From IMG/VR virus record IMGVR_UViG_2645727810_000025, positions 1-43,893 of that record: 43,893 nt of DNA; one strand, given 5' to 3'. The position numbers were made by a program, and so were the translations under genes. Each line of letters begins with the position of its first letter. Positions within the stretch are counted from its first letter, which is position 1. This stretch comes from a virus. Lineage: Duplodnaviria; Heunggongvirae; Uroviricota; Caudoviricetes. Below the pieces are notes generated by a model. It was not told the origin of the DNA, made no database searches, and was given only the letters and a program-made list of their open reading frames with translations. Shown here in pieces: positions 16,861 to 26,186 of this stretch.

Positions 16861-18531
16861 ATGGCGGAAACCGAAAAAGAGCGTCTGCTGAAGCAGCTAG
16901 CACAGCTGAAGAGTGAGCGCACATCGTTCGAATCGCACTGGCGTGACCTGAGCGATTTTATCAATCCGCGCGGTTCCCGCTTTCTGACGTCTGATGTAAA
17001 CCGTGATGATCGTCGTAACACCAAGATTGTTGATCCTACCGGCTCAATGGCTCAGCGCATTCTGTCCAGCGGCATGATGTCCGGCATCACGAGCCCGGCA
17101 CGTCCATGGTTCAAACTGGCAACGCCTGACCCTGACATGATGGATTACGGCCCGGTGAAAGTCTGGCTTGAAGTCGTGCAGCGCCGCATGAACGAAGTGT
17201 TCAACAAGTCTAACCTGTATCAGTCACTGCCTGTCATGTACGCCAGCCTGGGTACTTTCGGCACCGCCGCTATGGCTGTGCTGGAAGATGACCAGGACGT
17301 TATCCGCACAATGCCTTTCCCGATTGGCAGCTACTACCTGGCTAACAGCCCGCGCGGCAGCGTCGACACTTCATTCCGTCAGTTCTCCATGACTGTTCGT
17401 CAACTGGTGCAGGAATTCGGTCTGGATAACGTCAGCTCATCGGTGCAGGGGATGTGGCAAAACGGCACGTATGAAACGTGGATCGAGGTTAACCACTGCA
17501 TTACGCCAAACGTTAACCGCGACACAGGGAAGATGGACAGCAAGAACAAGCCGTTCCGCTCCGTGTACTTCGAGAGTGGCGGCGACTCCGACAAGCTGCT
17601 GCGTGAATCCGGATTCGATGAATTCCCGATCCTTGCTCCGCGCTGGGAAGTTAACGGCGAAGACGTTTACGCATCATCCTGCCCCGGCATGCTGGCACTC
17701 GGTCAGGTTAAAGCCCTTCAGGTTGAGCAGAAGCGTAAGGCTCAGCTCATAGATAAGGCCACTAACCCGCCGATGGTTGCACCGACGTCACTTAAAACGC
17801 AGCGTGTTTCCCTGCTTCCTGGTGATGTGACGTACCTCGACGTGTTGAGCGGTCAGGACGGTTTCAAACCTGCATACCTGGTAAACCCGAATACTGCAGA
17901 TCTGCTGGCTGATATTCAGGATACCCGCCAGACCATCAACAGCGCCTACTTTGTCGACCTCTTCATGATGCTGCAAAACATCAATACCCGCTCTATGCCG
18001 GTGGAAGCGGTGATCGAGATGAAGGAAGAGAAACTGCTGATGCTTGGCCCGGTGCTGGAGCGCCTGAACGACGAAGCGCTTAACCCGCTTATTGACCGCG
18101 TGTTCTCCATTATGGCGCGCAAAAATATGCTTCCGCCACCGCCTGACGTTATGCAGGGTATGCCGCTGCGTATCGAATACATCTCCGTTATGGCGCAGGC
18201 TCAGAAATCTATCGGACTCACCAGCCTTTCGCAGACCGTTGGCTTCATTGGCCAACTCGCACAGTTCAAACCTGAAGCACTCGACAAGCTCGATGTGGAT
18301 GAGGCTATCGACGCGTTCTCCGAAATGTCCGGCGTATCGCCAACCGTCATCATTCCGCAGGAGCAGGTTCAGGGCATTCGTGAAGAGCGCGCCAAACAGG
18401 CACAAGCCGCACAGGCAATGGCAATGGGGCAGGCCGTAGCGCAGGGAGCCAAGACTCTCAGCGAGACGCAAACCACTGACCCGAGCGCATTAACCGCTAT
18501 CGCTAATGCAGCAGGAGCACCGCAGCAATGA
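16861..18531 (+). CDS. portal protein
   Basis: 556 aa; first large gene after the terminase region, followed by scaffold and capsid; N-terminal pattern resembles podovirus portal proteins. Confidence 0.75.
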   Translation: MAETEKERLLKQLAQLKSERTSFESHWRDLSDFINPRGSRFLTSDVNRDDRRNTKIVDPTGSMAQRILSSGMMSGITSPARPWFKLATPDPDMMDYGPVKVWLEVVQRRMNEVFNKSNLYQSLPVMYASLGTFGTAAMAVLEDDQDVIRTMPFPIGSYYLANSPRGSVDTSFRQFSMTVRQLVQEFGLDNVSSSVQGMWQNGTYETWIEVNHCITPNVNRDTGKMDSKNKPFRSVYFESGGDSDKLLRESGFDEFPILAPRWEVNGEDVYASSCPGMLALGQVKALQVEQKRKAQLIDKATNPPMVAPTSLKTQRVSLLPGDVTYLDVLSGQDGFKPAYLVNPNTADLLADIQDTRQTINSAYFVDLFMMLQNINTRSMPVEAVIEMKEEKLLMLGPVLERLNDEALNPLIDRVFSIMARKNMLPPPPDVMQGMPLRIEYISVMAQAQKSIGLTSLSQTVGFIGQLAQFKPEALDKLDVDEAIDAFSEMSGVSPTVIIPQEQVQGIREERAKQAQAAQAMAMGQAVAQGAKTLSETQTTDPSALTAIANAAGAPQQ

Positions 18532-18827
18532 CGGATATCGATGACGAAGCCCGCAAAGCAGAGCTTGACGCTAAACAGCAACTTCTGGCGCAGCGCGACA
18601 TTGACGACATTCAGTTTGTCATGGGTAGCGAGCAGGGCCGCCGCGTGATCTGGTCACTGCTTGAGAAAGGTCAGGTGTTCGGTGCTTGCTTCAACGTAGA
18701 TCCACACATCACAGCATTCAACGAAGGGCAGCGCAACCTGGCTCTGGTTCTTTTTCAGCGCGTCATGGCGCACTGCCCCGATCAGTATCTGAAGATGGCC
18801 GCAGAGGCCGGAGAGGACAATTTATGA
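18528..18827 (+). CDS. hypothetical head-morphogenesis protein (99 aa)
   Basis: ATG overlapping the portal stop (ATGA); GGAG SD. Confidence 0.55.
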   Translation: MTDIDDEARKAELDAKQQLLAQRDIDDIQFVMGSEQGRRVIWSLLEKGQVFGACFNVDPHITAFNEGQRNLALVLFQRVMAHCPDQYLKMAAEAGEDNL

Positions 18828-19147
18828 CACAGGTACAAACGCAGCGCGTCGTGCGCCTCGATGGTTCCAGCCAGGTAGTTGAGGTTCCGGATCCTGCTCC
18901 GGCAGTAATTGGCGCTCCAACCGCGACTGATTACGGTGGCGTAAAACTGGGCGCGACAATCGCGGCCCCGGCTGCAATGACGGCCACCAAGGATACAGCC
19001 TCATCGGCATCAGATGTTGCTGGTCTGCTCACCGACCATAACGACCTGGTTACGAAATATAACGCACTGCTGGATGACACCACAGCAGTGCGCACCACGC
19101 TGGCATCAGTTCTGGCGCAACTGAAAGCCAAAACGATCCCGGTTTAA
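18824..19147 (+). CDS. hypothetical protein (107 aa)
   Basis: ATG at 18824 after GGAGAGG, coupled to previous stop; the track ORF extends upstream without a plausible start. Confidence 0.5.
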   Translation: MTQVQTQRVVRLDGSSQVVEVPDPAPAVIGAPTATDYGGVKLGATIAAPAAMTATKDTASSASDVAGLLTDHNDLVTKYNALLDDTTAVRTTLASVLAQLKAKTIPV

Positions 19148-19158
19148 GGAGATAACCA

Positions 19159-19866
19159 ATGAATTTGTTTGAACGTCTTCTGCATCGTCGCCTTTGCAAC
19201 GAACAACCTGCTGATGGTGGCGCAGCTCCTGCTGCATCTGAACCTGCTGCATCAACTGGGGATAATCCGGCACCAGCTGGCGATCCGGCTAAATCGGAAG
19301 GCGATAAGTCACAGCCAGGCGCTGAAGGTGACAAACCTCAGGAAGAAAAACCTGCTGATGGTGATAAGCCAGAAGAGAAAAAGCCTGGCGAAGAAAAAGA
19401 GCAGAAGCAGGAAGGCGCGCCGGAGAAATATGAGTTCAAACCAGCCGAAGGACAGGAGCTTGATGCTGCTGCTCTTGAGCAGTTCGAGCCTATCGCCCGT
19501 GAACTGAACCTGACCAATGATCAGGCGCAGAAGATGGTCGACCTGTACGGCACCAAGATCATGCCAATGGTCCAGCAGCAGCAGGCAGAAGCCTGGCAGA
19601 AGACCACCGAGCAGTGGGCTGCTGACGTGAAGGCAGACAAAGAGATCGGCGGCGACAAGCTCACCGGTAACCTGAGCGCTGCACAGCGTGCTCTTGCTCA
19701 GTTCGGTACGCCTGAACTGAAAGAATATCTGGAAGGCACTGGCCTGGGTAATCACCCTGAACTGGTCAAGGCGTTCGTGAAAATCGGTAAAGCCATGTCG
19801 GAAGACGGCATGGTCGATGGCAGTAATCAAGGCCAGCGTAGTGCGGCCGAAGTGCTTTATGGCTAA
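19159..19866 (+). CDS. scaffolding protein
   Basis: 235 aa; acidic, low-complexity, helical (PAAGDPAKSEGDKSQPGAEGDKPQEEKP...); positioned immediately before the major capsid gene; AAGGAG SD. Confidence 0.65.
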   Translation: MNLFERLLHRRLCNEQPADGGAAPAASEPAASTGDNPAPAGDPAKSEGDKSQPGAEGDKPQEEKPADGDKPEEKKPGEEKEQKQEGAPEKYEFKPAEGQELDAAALEQFEPIARELNLTNDQAQKMVDLYGTKIMPMVQQQQAEAWQKTTEQWAADVKADKEIGGDKLTGNLSAAQRALAQFGTPELKEYLEGTGLGNHPELVKAFVKIGKAMSEDGMVDGSNQGQRSAAEVLYG

Positions 19867-19883
19867 TAAGAGAGGATATAACC

Positions 19884-20870
19884 ATGGCTGTTAAAGGCGT
19901 AAATGCGCTGACGCTGGCTGACTGGGCTAAGCGTACTGATCCAAACGGGAAGGTCGATAAGATCGTCGAACTCCTTTCCCAGACCAACGAAATCCTGACG
20001 GACATGATGTTCGTTGAGGGTAACCTGCCAACCGGCCACCGTACTACCGTGCGCTCTGGTTTGCCATCTGCTACCTGGCGTTTGCTTAACTACGGCGTGC
20101 AGCCAAGCAAATCAACTACAGTACAGGTAACCGACACCTGCGGGATGCTGGAAACTTATGCCGAAGTTGACAAGTCACTGGCAGATCTGAACGGCAACAC
20201 CGCTGAATTCCGTCTGTCTGAAGACCGTGCGTTCATCGAAGGCATGAACCAGCAGATGGCTCAGACTCTGTTCTATGGCGATACAAGTGTTAACCCTCAG
20301 CAGTTCATGGGGCTTGCTTCTCGTTATTCCAGCAAATCTGCCGGTAATGGGCAGAACATTATTGATGCTGGCGGTACCGGTACCGACAACACTTCTATCT
20401 GGCTGGTTGTGTGGGGAGAAAACACGGTTCACGGTATTTTCCCGAAAGGTCAGAAAGCAGGATTACAGACTCAGAATCTGGGCGAACAGACGCTTATCGA
20501 TGCTGCTGGTGGTAAATACCAGGGATACCGTACCCACTACAAGTGGGATAACGGACTGGCCCTGCGTGACTGGCGCTACGTTGTTCGCATCGCCAACATC
20601 GATGTGAGCGATCTGTCTGTTCCAGCTTCTGCTGCAAACATCGTCACGATGATGGTTAAAGCGCTGCACCGCGTTCCTAACCTGAAGATGGGTCGCGCGG
20701 CTTTCTACATGAACCGCACTGTTGCCCAGGCACTCGACCTGCAATCTCTGGATAAAGCTTCTCTGGCTCTGTCCGTCAAAGAGACTGAGGGCGAATGGTG
20801 GACCACTTTCCGTGGCATCCCAATCCGTGAAACTGACGCAATTCTGGAAACAGAAGCGCGCGTTGTTTAA
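19884..20870 (+). CDS. major capsid protein
   Basis: 328 aa; position after scaffold, strong SD (GAGAGGAT); partial stem-loop without T-run follows. Confidence 0.75.
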   Translation: MAVKGVNALTLADWAKRTDPNGKVDKIVELLSQTNEILTDMMFVEGNLPTGHRTTVRSGLPSATWRLLNYGVQPSKSTTVQVTDTCGMLETYAEVDKSLADLNGNTAEFRLSEDRAFIEGMNQQMAQTLFYGDTSVNPQQFMGLASRYSSKSAGNGQNIIDAGGTGTDNTSIWLVVWGENTVHGIFPKGQKAGLQTQNLGEQTLIDAAGGKYQGYRTHYKWDNGLALRDWRYVVRIANIDVSDLSVPASAANIVTMMVKALHRVPNLKMGRAAFYMNRTVAQALDLQSLDKASLALSVKETEGEWWTTFRGIPIRETDAILETEARVV

Positions 20871-20921
20871 CGCCTGTCATTAACTAATGGGCCTTAACCG
20901 GCCCATGAATGGAGAAAGAAA

Positions 20922-21362
20922 ATGATCCTCGACAAACTGTTGATGTTCTCCGAGAAGCAGGCGGTTACAGCTTCTGCTGCTTCTACGGATGTGATTGACC
21001 TTGGACCTATCGACGGCACCCGCCGCGATATCGGTGTGGGTTATCCGCTGGAGTTCTGGGCAACCGTTGACACCACTGCGACCGCTGCCGGTGCTGCGAC
21101 TCTTAACGTTCAACTACAGACCAGCCAGGACAACTCCACCTGGACCACTATCTACGATAGCGGTGCTTTGGCACTTGCTGCGTTGACTGCTGGCAAGCGC
21201 CTGTTCTCTGCGAAGGTTCCTGCTGGTGTTCAGCGTTATCTGCGCGTGAACTACACGGTAGGTACTGGCCCACTGACGGCTGGCGCGTTCACCTCGGGAA
21301 TTAACCTGGATGTTGATAACAACAGCCCGTACTACCCGATTCGTTCAAAAGTGACTGGCTAA
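20922..21362 (+). CDS. hypothetical virion protein (146 aa)
   Basis: ATG after GGAGAAAG; Ala/Thr/Gly-rich; between capsid and tubular-like genes. Confidence 0.55.
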   Translation: MILDKLLMFSEKQAVTASAASTDVIDLGPIDGTRRDIGVGYPLEFWATVDTTATAAGAATLNVQLQTSQDNSTWTTIYDSGALALAALTAGKRLFSAKVPAGVQRYLRVNYTVGTGPLTAGAFTSGINLDVDNNSPYYPIRSKVTG

Positions 21363-21372
21363 GGGGATATCG

Positions 21373-21717
21373 ATGTCAGGTGAAAAAGCAAGATACCGAG
21401 TCCTGCGTTTATCACACATTCATAACAACCTATGGCCTGAAGGCTCTGAAGTTGAGTATGACGGTGAGCCGGGCACGGCGCTGGAGCCGCTGAACGATGC
21501 TGCACGTGCAGCAAAGGCTAAAGCAAAGCACAAAGGCGAACCAACGGTTGTCGTTGCTGAGCATGAGCCGCTGAACGATGCGGATAGCGCTGATGATGGT
21601 CTGGATAAACTCCGCGAAGAGTATGAGTTCCTCTTCAACGAGAAACCGCATCACAACGCCAAAGCCGAAACGCTCCGCGAGAAGATCGCAGATAAGCGTA
21701 AAGAACTGGGCGTCTAA
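21373..21717 (+). CDS. hypothetical protein (114 aa)
   Basis: ATG after AAGGGG; followed by an intrinsic terminator. Confidence 0.55.
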   Translation: MSGEKARYRVLRLSHIHNNLWPEGSEVEYDGEPGTALEPLNDAARAAKAKAKHKGEPTVVVAEHEPLNDADSADDGLDKLREEYEFLFNEKPHHNAKAETLREKIADKRKELGV

Positions 21718-21734
21718 GCCTCGCTAATCAAACA

Positions 21735-21756
21735 GGGGGCTTCGGCCCCCTTCTTG
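21735..21756 (+). terminator. rho-independent terminator
   Basis: GGGGGC-ttcg-GCCCCC hairpin followed by TTCTTG. Confidence 0.6.
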
Positions 21757-21768
21757 CAGGAGTCCGTT

Positions 21769-22092
21769 ATGGATCTGGTAAACCTCAAAACCGGCACCGA
21801 CACATATCAGGATGAGGATGGTAAAACCCAGACTCGTGATGATTATCCGTGGGGCCTTTGCATTGAGTTGAACAACGAGACGCTCGCCAAGCTCAAGGCA
21901 ACGCCTCAATCCGCTGGCACTGAAGTAATGATCACCGCAAAGGCAACTATTCGCTCAACGTCTACCCGCGAAACGGAAGATGGAATGCAGCATAACGCCA
22001 GTCTGCAGATCACTGATATGGCACTCAGCCCCGTATCCGGGGAGCAACCGAAGACAGCAGCGCAAACTCTTTACGGTGGGGAGGATGATTAA
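21769..22092 (+). CDS. hypothetical protein (107 aa)
   Basis: ATG at 21769 six nt after AGGAG (the track start at 21754 is TTG). Confidence 0.5.
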   Translation: MDLVNLKTGTDTYQDEDGKTQTRDDYPWGLCIELNNETLAKLKATPQSAGTEVMITAKATIRSTSTRETEDGMQHNASLQITDMALSPVSGEQPKTAAQTLYGGEDD

Positions 22093-22697
22093 TGGCCTCC
22101 GTTATCGAGATCTGCAACCGCGCGCTGAGCAATATCGGCAACAGCCGCAGCATAAACAGTCTGAATGAAGCCAGTAAAGAGGCCGGACAGTGCTCCCTGC
22201 ATTATGATGCTTGCCGCGATGCTGCTCTGGCTGATTTCGACTGGAACTTTGCTACCAAGCGCGTTGCGCTAGCTGATACCAATAATCCACCTCCTGACTG
22301 GCAATACGCCTACCAGTACCCATCTGATTGTGTTCGCATAACCGAGATCATGCCGACAGGCATACGCAATCCTACTGCTGAGCAGCGCATTGAGTATGTT
22401 GTCGGTTCCAATGAGGACCTGACAGGTAAGCTCATTTACACCGATCAGCCGAAAGCGTGGTTGAAGTACGTGGCGCGGGTTACTGACGTCAATATGTATG
22501 ACGCCATTTTTATGGAGGCGCTTTCCTGGCGTCTGGCTGCTGCTATCAATATGGCGCTGACCGGTAGCGCAGATCTCGGTAACAACGCACTGACGATGTA
22601 CAACCGCGTGATCCTGAGTGCTGGCTCACATAGCCAGAACGAATCACAGGAGCCACAACCACCGGTAGATGAGTTCACAGCAGCGAGGTTGTCATAA
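22092..22697 (+). CDS. tail tubular protein A-like (T7 gp11-like)
   Basis: 201 aa; size, position and N-terminal pattern (CNRALSNIG...) resemble podovirus gp11; coupled to the following 825-aa gene. Confidence 0.5.
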   Translation: MASVIEICNRALSNIGNSRSINSLNEASKEAGQCSLHYDACRDAALADFDWNFATKRVALADTNNPPPDWQYAYQYPSDCVRITEIMPTGIRNPTAEQRIEYVVGSNEDLTGKLIYTDQPKAWLKYVARVTDVNMYDAIFMEALSWRLAAAINMALTGSADLGNNALTMYNRVILSAGSHSQNESQEPQPPVDEFTAARLS

Positions 22698-25174
22698 TGG
22701 CTTTTAGCTGGATTCAACCGAGCTTTGCCGGTGGTGAAATTGGTCCGTCACTGTATGGCCGCATTGATATGTCAAAGTATCAGGTGGCGCTTCGCAAGTG
22801 CGATAACTTCATTGTTCGTCAGTATGGCGGTGTCGAGAACAGACCAGGTACGCGCTTTGTTGGCCCAGCTAAATATCCTGATCGCAAGTGCCGGTTAATC
22901 CCGTTTCAGTTCTCGACCGTCCAGACCTACGCGCTTGAGTTCGGTCATAACTATATGCGCGTCATTAAAGACGGAGCTTATGTTCTGACGACCAGTAATG
23001 TGATTTATGAGCTGGCGATGCCGTATGCTGATACCGACCTTTTCCGCATTAAATTCACGCAGAGCGCCGACGTTCTGACGCTGGTGCATCCTGCTTACCC
23101 GCCGAAAGAGCTGCGTCGTTACGCGCACGACAACTGGCAGATTGTCGACGTCACCACCAAAAACGGACCGTTCGAAGATATCAACGTTGACGAGACAGTA
23201 AAGGTATACGCCAGCGCCAGCACCGGCACCATTACGCTGACGGCCAGCTCTGCCATCTTCGGTGCTGAGCAGGTCGGAAAACTGTTCTATCTCGAGCAGC
23301 CTGCTATTGATTCCGTACCGGTATGGGAAACCAGCAAGACCACGGCAATCAATGATGTTCGTCGTGCAGACAGCAACTACTACCGCGCCAATACTGCTGG
23401 CAAGACCGGAACACTTCGCCCTTCGCATACCGAGGGAATGTCGTGGGATGGCTGGGGCGGTACCGGTTCAGATGATACCGGGATCCAGTGGGAGTACCTG
23501 CACAGCGGTTTTGGCATTGCCAGAATCACAGCGGTGGCTGGTGATGGACTGACAGCAACTGCCGATGTGGTTTCATTCATTCCTTCTCAGGCGGTTGGGT
23601 CCACTAACGCCAGCTATAAGTGGGCGAAATACGCATGGAACAGCGTTAACGGCTACCCGAGCACCGTTGTTTACTACCAGCAGAGGCTGTATTTTGCCGC
23701 GTCTACCGCGTACCCGCAAACCATCTGGGCAAGCCGCACCGGCGATTATAAGGACTTCGGAAAGAACAACCCTATTCAGGATGATGATCGGATTATTTAC
23801 ACCTACGCCGGTAGGCAGGTGAATGAAATCCGCCATCTTATTGACGTTGGCAACCTGGTCGCGCTGACTTCCGGAGGGGAATATACGATATCCGGGGACC
23901 AGAATAAGGTTCTCACGCCGTCGGCGTTTTCTTTCAGCTCACAGGGTAATAAAGGGTCCAGTAACGTGCCACCTATTGCCGTGGCTAACATTGCGTTGTT
24001 CATCCAGGAGAAAGGAAGCGTGGTCCGTGATCTGGCGTATTCATTTGATGTTGACGGATACCAGGGCACCGACCTGACCATACTGGCAAACCACCTTTTC
24101 CAGAAGCACAGTATTGTTGACTGGTCATTCTGCATCGTGCCGTACAGCAGCGCGTTCTGCATTCGTGATGACGGCAAGTTGCTGGTGTTGACCTATCTGC
24201 GTGATCAGCAGGTTTTTGCCTGGGCACCGCAATCCAGTGCCGGTAAGTACGAAAGCACCTGCTCCATCAGTGAAGGCAGCGAGGATGCTGTTTATTTCGT
24301 GGTTAACCGTACTATTAATGGGCAGACTGTGCGTTACATCGAGCGCCTTTCCAGTCGCCTGTTCACCAACGATGAAGATGCGTTCTTTGTCGACTGCGGC
24401 CTGAGCTACGACGGACGCAACACATCATCACGCACAATGACCATCAGCGGTGGCACGGGTGACTGGAGCTATCAGGTTGATTATCCGGTTACGGTGAGTG
24501 GTGGAGCGTATTTCGTTAATACTGATGTTGGTTCTCAGATTCAGTTCCCATATACCGGAACGGATCCAGACACCAACGAACCGGTGGCTAAAGAGCTGCG
24601 CGGCGATATCATCTCGGTAACAAGCAATACCGCAGTTACCGTCCGATTCAATCGCAACGTTCCGGAGATACTTCGCAATGTGCCAACAACTAACTGGCAG
24701 ATGGCCCGACAGACGTTCGGCGGCCTTTCTCACCTCGAAGGGCAAACGGTAAACATCCTGTCAGATGCCAGCGTTGAACCACAGAAAACAGTAACTGGTG
24801 GCTCTGTCACGCTGGAATCACCAGGCGCAGTTGTGCACATCGGTCTTCCTATCACTGCTGAATTCGAAACACTGGATATCAATATCAACGGCCAGGAAAC
24901 GCTGCTGGATAAAAAGCAGGTCATTCCTACTGTCACGATGGTGGTTAATGCCAGCCGTGGCATCTGGGCCACTACTCCTGGTGGGACATGGTACGAATAC
25001 CAGCAGCGTGAATTTGAGTTCTACGACGATCCTGTTGATGACGCTACCGGCAAGGTTGAAGTAAAACTCGACAGCAACTGGGATAAAAACGGACGCGTTA
25101 AGGTTCGCCAACTTGATCCTTTGCCGCTGTCAGTGCTTGCTGTTCTTCCTCGACTTACCGTCGGAGGCTTCTGA
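22697..25174 (+). CDS. tail tubular protein B-like (T7 gp12-like)
   Basis: 825 aa; size and order after the gp11-like gene. Confidence 0.55.
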   Translation: MAFSWIQPSFAGGEIGPSLYGRIDMSKYQVALRKCDNFIVRQYGGVENRPGTRFVGPAKYPDRKCRLIPFQFSTVQTYALEFGHNYMRVIKDGAYVLTTSNVIYELAMPYADTDLFRIKFTQSADVLTLVHPAYPPKELRRYAHDNWQIVDVTTKNGPFEDINVDETVKVYASASTGTITLTASSAIFGAEQVGKLFYLEQPAIDSVPVWETSKTTAINDVRRADSNYYRANTAGKTGTLRPSHTEGMSWDGWGGTGSDDTGIQWEYLHSGFGIARITAVAGDGLTATADVVSFIPSQAVGSTNASYKWAKYAWNSVNGYPSTVVYYQQRLYFAASTAYPQTIWASRTGDYKDFGKNNPIQDDDRIIYTYAGRQVNEIRHLIDVGNLVALTSGGEYTISGDQNKVLTPSAFSFSSQGNKGSSNVPPIAVANIALFIQEKGSVVRDLAYSFDVDGYQGTDLTILANHLFQKHSIVDWSFCIVPYSSAFCIRDDGKLLVLTYLRDQQVFAWAPQSSAGKYESTCSISEGSEDAVYFVVNRTINGQTVRYIERLSSRLFTNDEDAFFVDCGLSYDGRNTSSRTMTISGGTGDWSYQVDYPVTVSGGAYFVNTDVGSQIQFPYTGTDPDTNEPVAKELRGDIISVTSNTAVTVRFNRNVPEILRNVPTTNWQMARQTFGGLSHLEGQTVNILSDASVEPQKTVTGGSVTLESPGAVVHIGLPITAEFETLDININGQETLLDKKQVIPTVTMVVNASRGIWATTPGGTWYEYQQREFEFYDDPVDDATGKVEVKLDSNWDKNGRVKVRQLDPLPLSVLAVLPRLTVGGF

Positions 25175-25638
25175 TGATTAACGCTCAGATCGTACCAACT
25201 ACCGCAGAACACATCGAAGCCATGCTTCCACGTGTCCGCCAGGCTGATATCGATGAGTTTATGGCAACTAATGGATGGAGTCCGCGCCGCGTGCTGGAAA
25301 CTGGTCTGCGCACGTCAACATTTTGCTGTGCCGGATTGATTAACGGTGAAGTGGTGACTGTCTTTGGCGTAGCACCAGCATCGATGATCGGCGGCAGCGG
25401 TATTCCGTGGCTGGTGGGCACTGACGCGCTGGAGAAATACCAGAGCACCTTCCTTCGCCGCTGTGGGAAAGTGGTCAATGCAATGCTTACTGTTTACCCG
25501 TATCTTGAAAATTATGTTGATGCACGTAACCACACTGCGCGCATTTGGCTTCACTGGCTGGGATTCACCATCGACGAAGCTCAGCCATACGGCATTAAAA
25601 ACCTACCGTTTCACCGTTTCCACATGGAGAGAAAATAA
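25174..25638 (+). CDS. internal virion protein (gp13-like)
   Basis: 154 aa; position between tubular B-like and gp14-like genes. Confidence 0.45.
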   Translation: MINAQIVPTTAEHIEAMLPRVRQADIDEFMATNGWSPRRVLETGLRTSTFCCAGLINGEVVTVFGVAPASMIGGSGIPWLVGTDALEKYQSTFLRRCGKVVNAMLTVYPYLENYVDARNHTARIWLHWLGFTIDEAQPYGIKNLPFHRFHMERK

Positions 25639-26186
25639 TGTGCAGCCCGGCTATCGCTCTCGTTGGCGCCAGTGTCGCTTTAAGTGGCGTTTCAGCATAC
25701 AACCAGTACCAGCAAGGTAAGTATTCGTCTGCTGTTGCCGAGCAAAATGCAGAAGTGGCCACGGCACAGGCACAGGATTCTATCAACCGTGGTAATGCTC
25801 AGGCTGATGAGGTTCGTCGTCGTAACCGTCAGGCTGCTGGAACCCAGGCGGCAACCATGGGCGCAACTGGCGCAGATCTTTCCACTGGTGGAGCGCTTGA
25901 TATCTTTGGCGATACAGCTCAGTTTGGCGCGCTTGATGCGCTGACTACTGTGAATAATGCCCAGAGAGAGGCCTATGGTTTTCGTGTTCAGGGGGCAAAT
26001 TATCAGTCTCAGGCAGATTCAGCGCGCAGTGCAGGAAGTGCCGGCCTGACTCAGACATTACTAACCGCGCCACTGAAGGCATATGGGGCTTATAAGATTG
26101 GTGGTGGAGAGTGGAACCCATTTACTCAAACTGATCCTGCACCTATCGGAGCAGCAGCCGGAACTAGATTGCCAAGGGGGTTATGA
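25638..26186 (+). CDS. internal virion protein B (T7 gp14-like)
   Basis: 182 aa; N-terminus MCSPAIALVGASVALSGVS followed by Q/A-rich helical region mirrors the T7 gp14 N-terminus (MC.AAIPIAISGAQAISG...) as I recall it. Confidence 0.55.
   Translation: MCSPAIALVGASVALSGVSAYNQYQQGKYSSAVAEQNAEVATAQAQDSINRGNAQADEVRRRNRQAAGTQAATMGATGADLSTGGALDIFGDTAQFGALDALTTVNNAQREAYGFRVQGANYQSQADSARSAGSAGLTQTLLTAPLKAYGAYKIGGGEWNPFTQTDPAPIGAAAGTRLPRGL

Noticed and set aside
17788-18471. 227-aa ORF antisense to the portal gene
   Set aside because: Shadow ORF inside a confidently called gene; composition typical of an antisense frame.
19309-19830. 173-aa ORF antisense to the scaffold gene
   Set aside because: Low-complexity shadow of the acidic scaffold gene.
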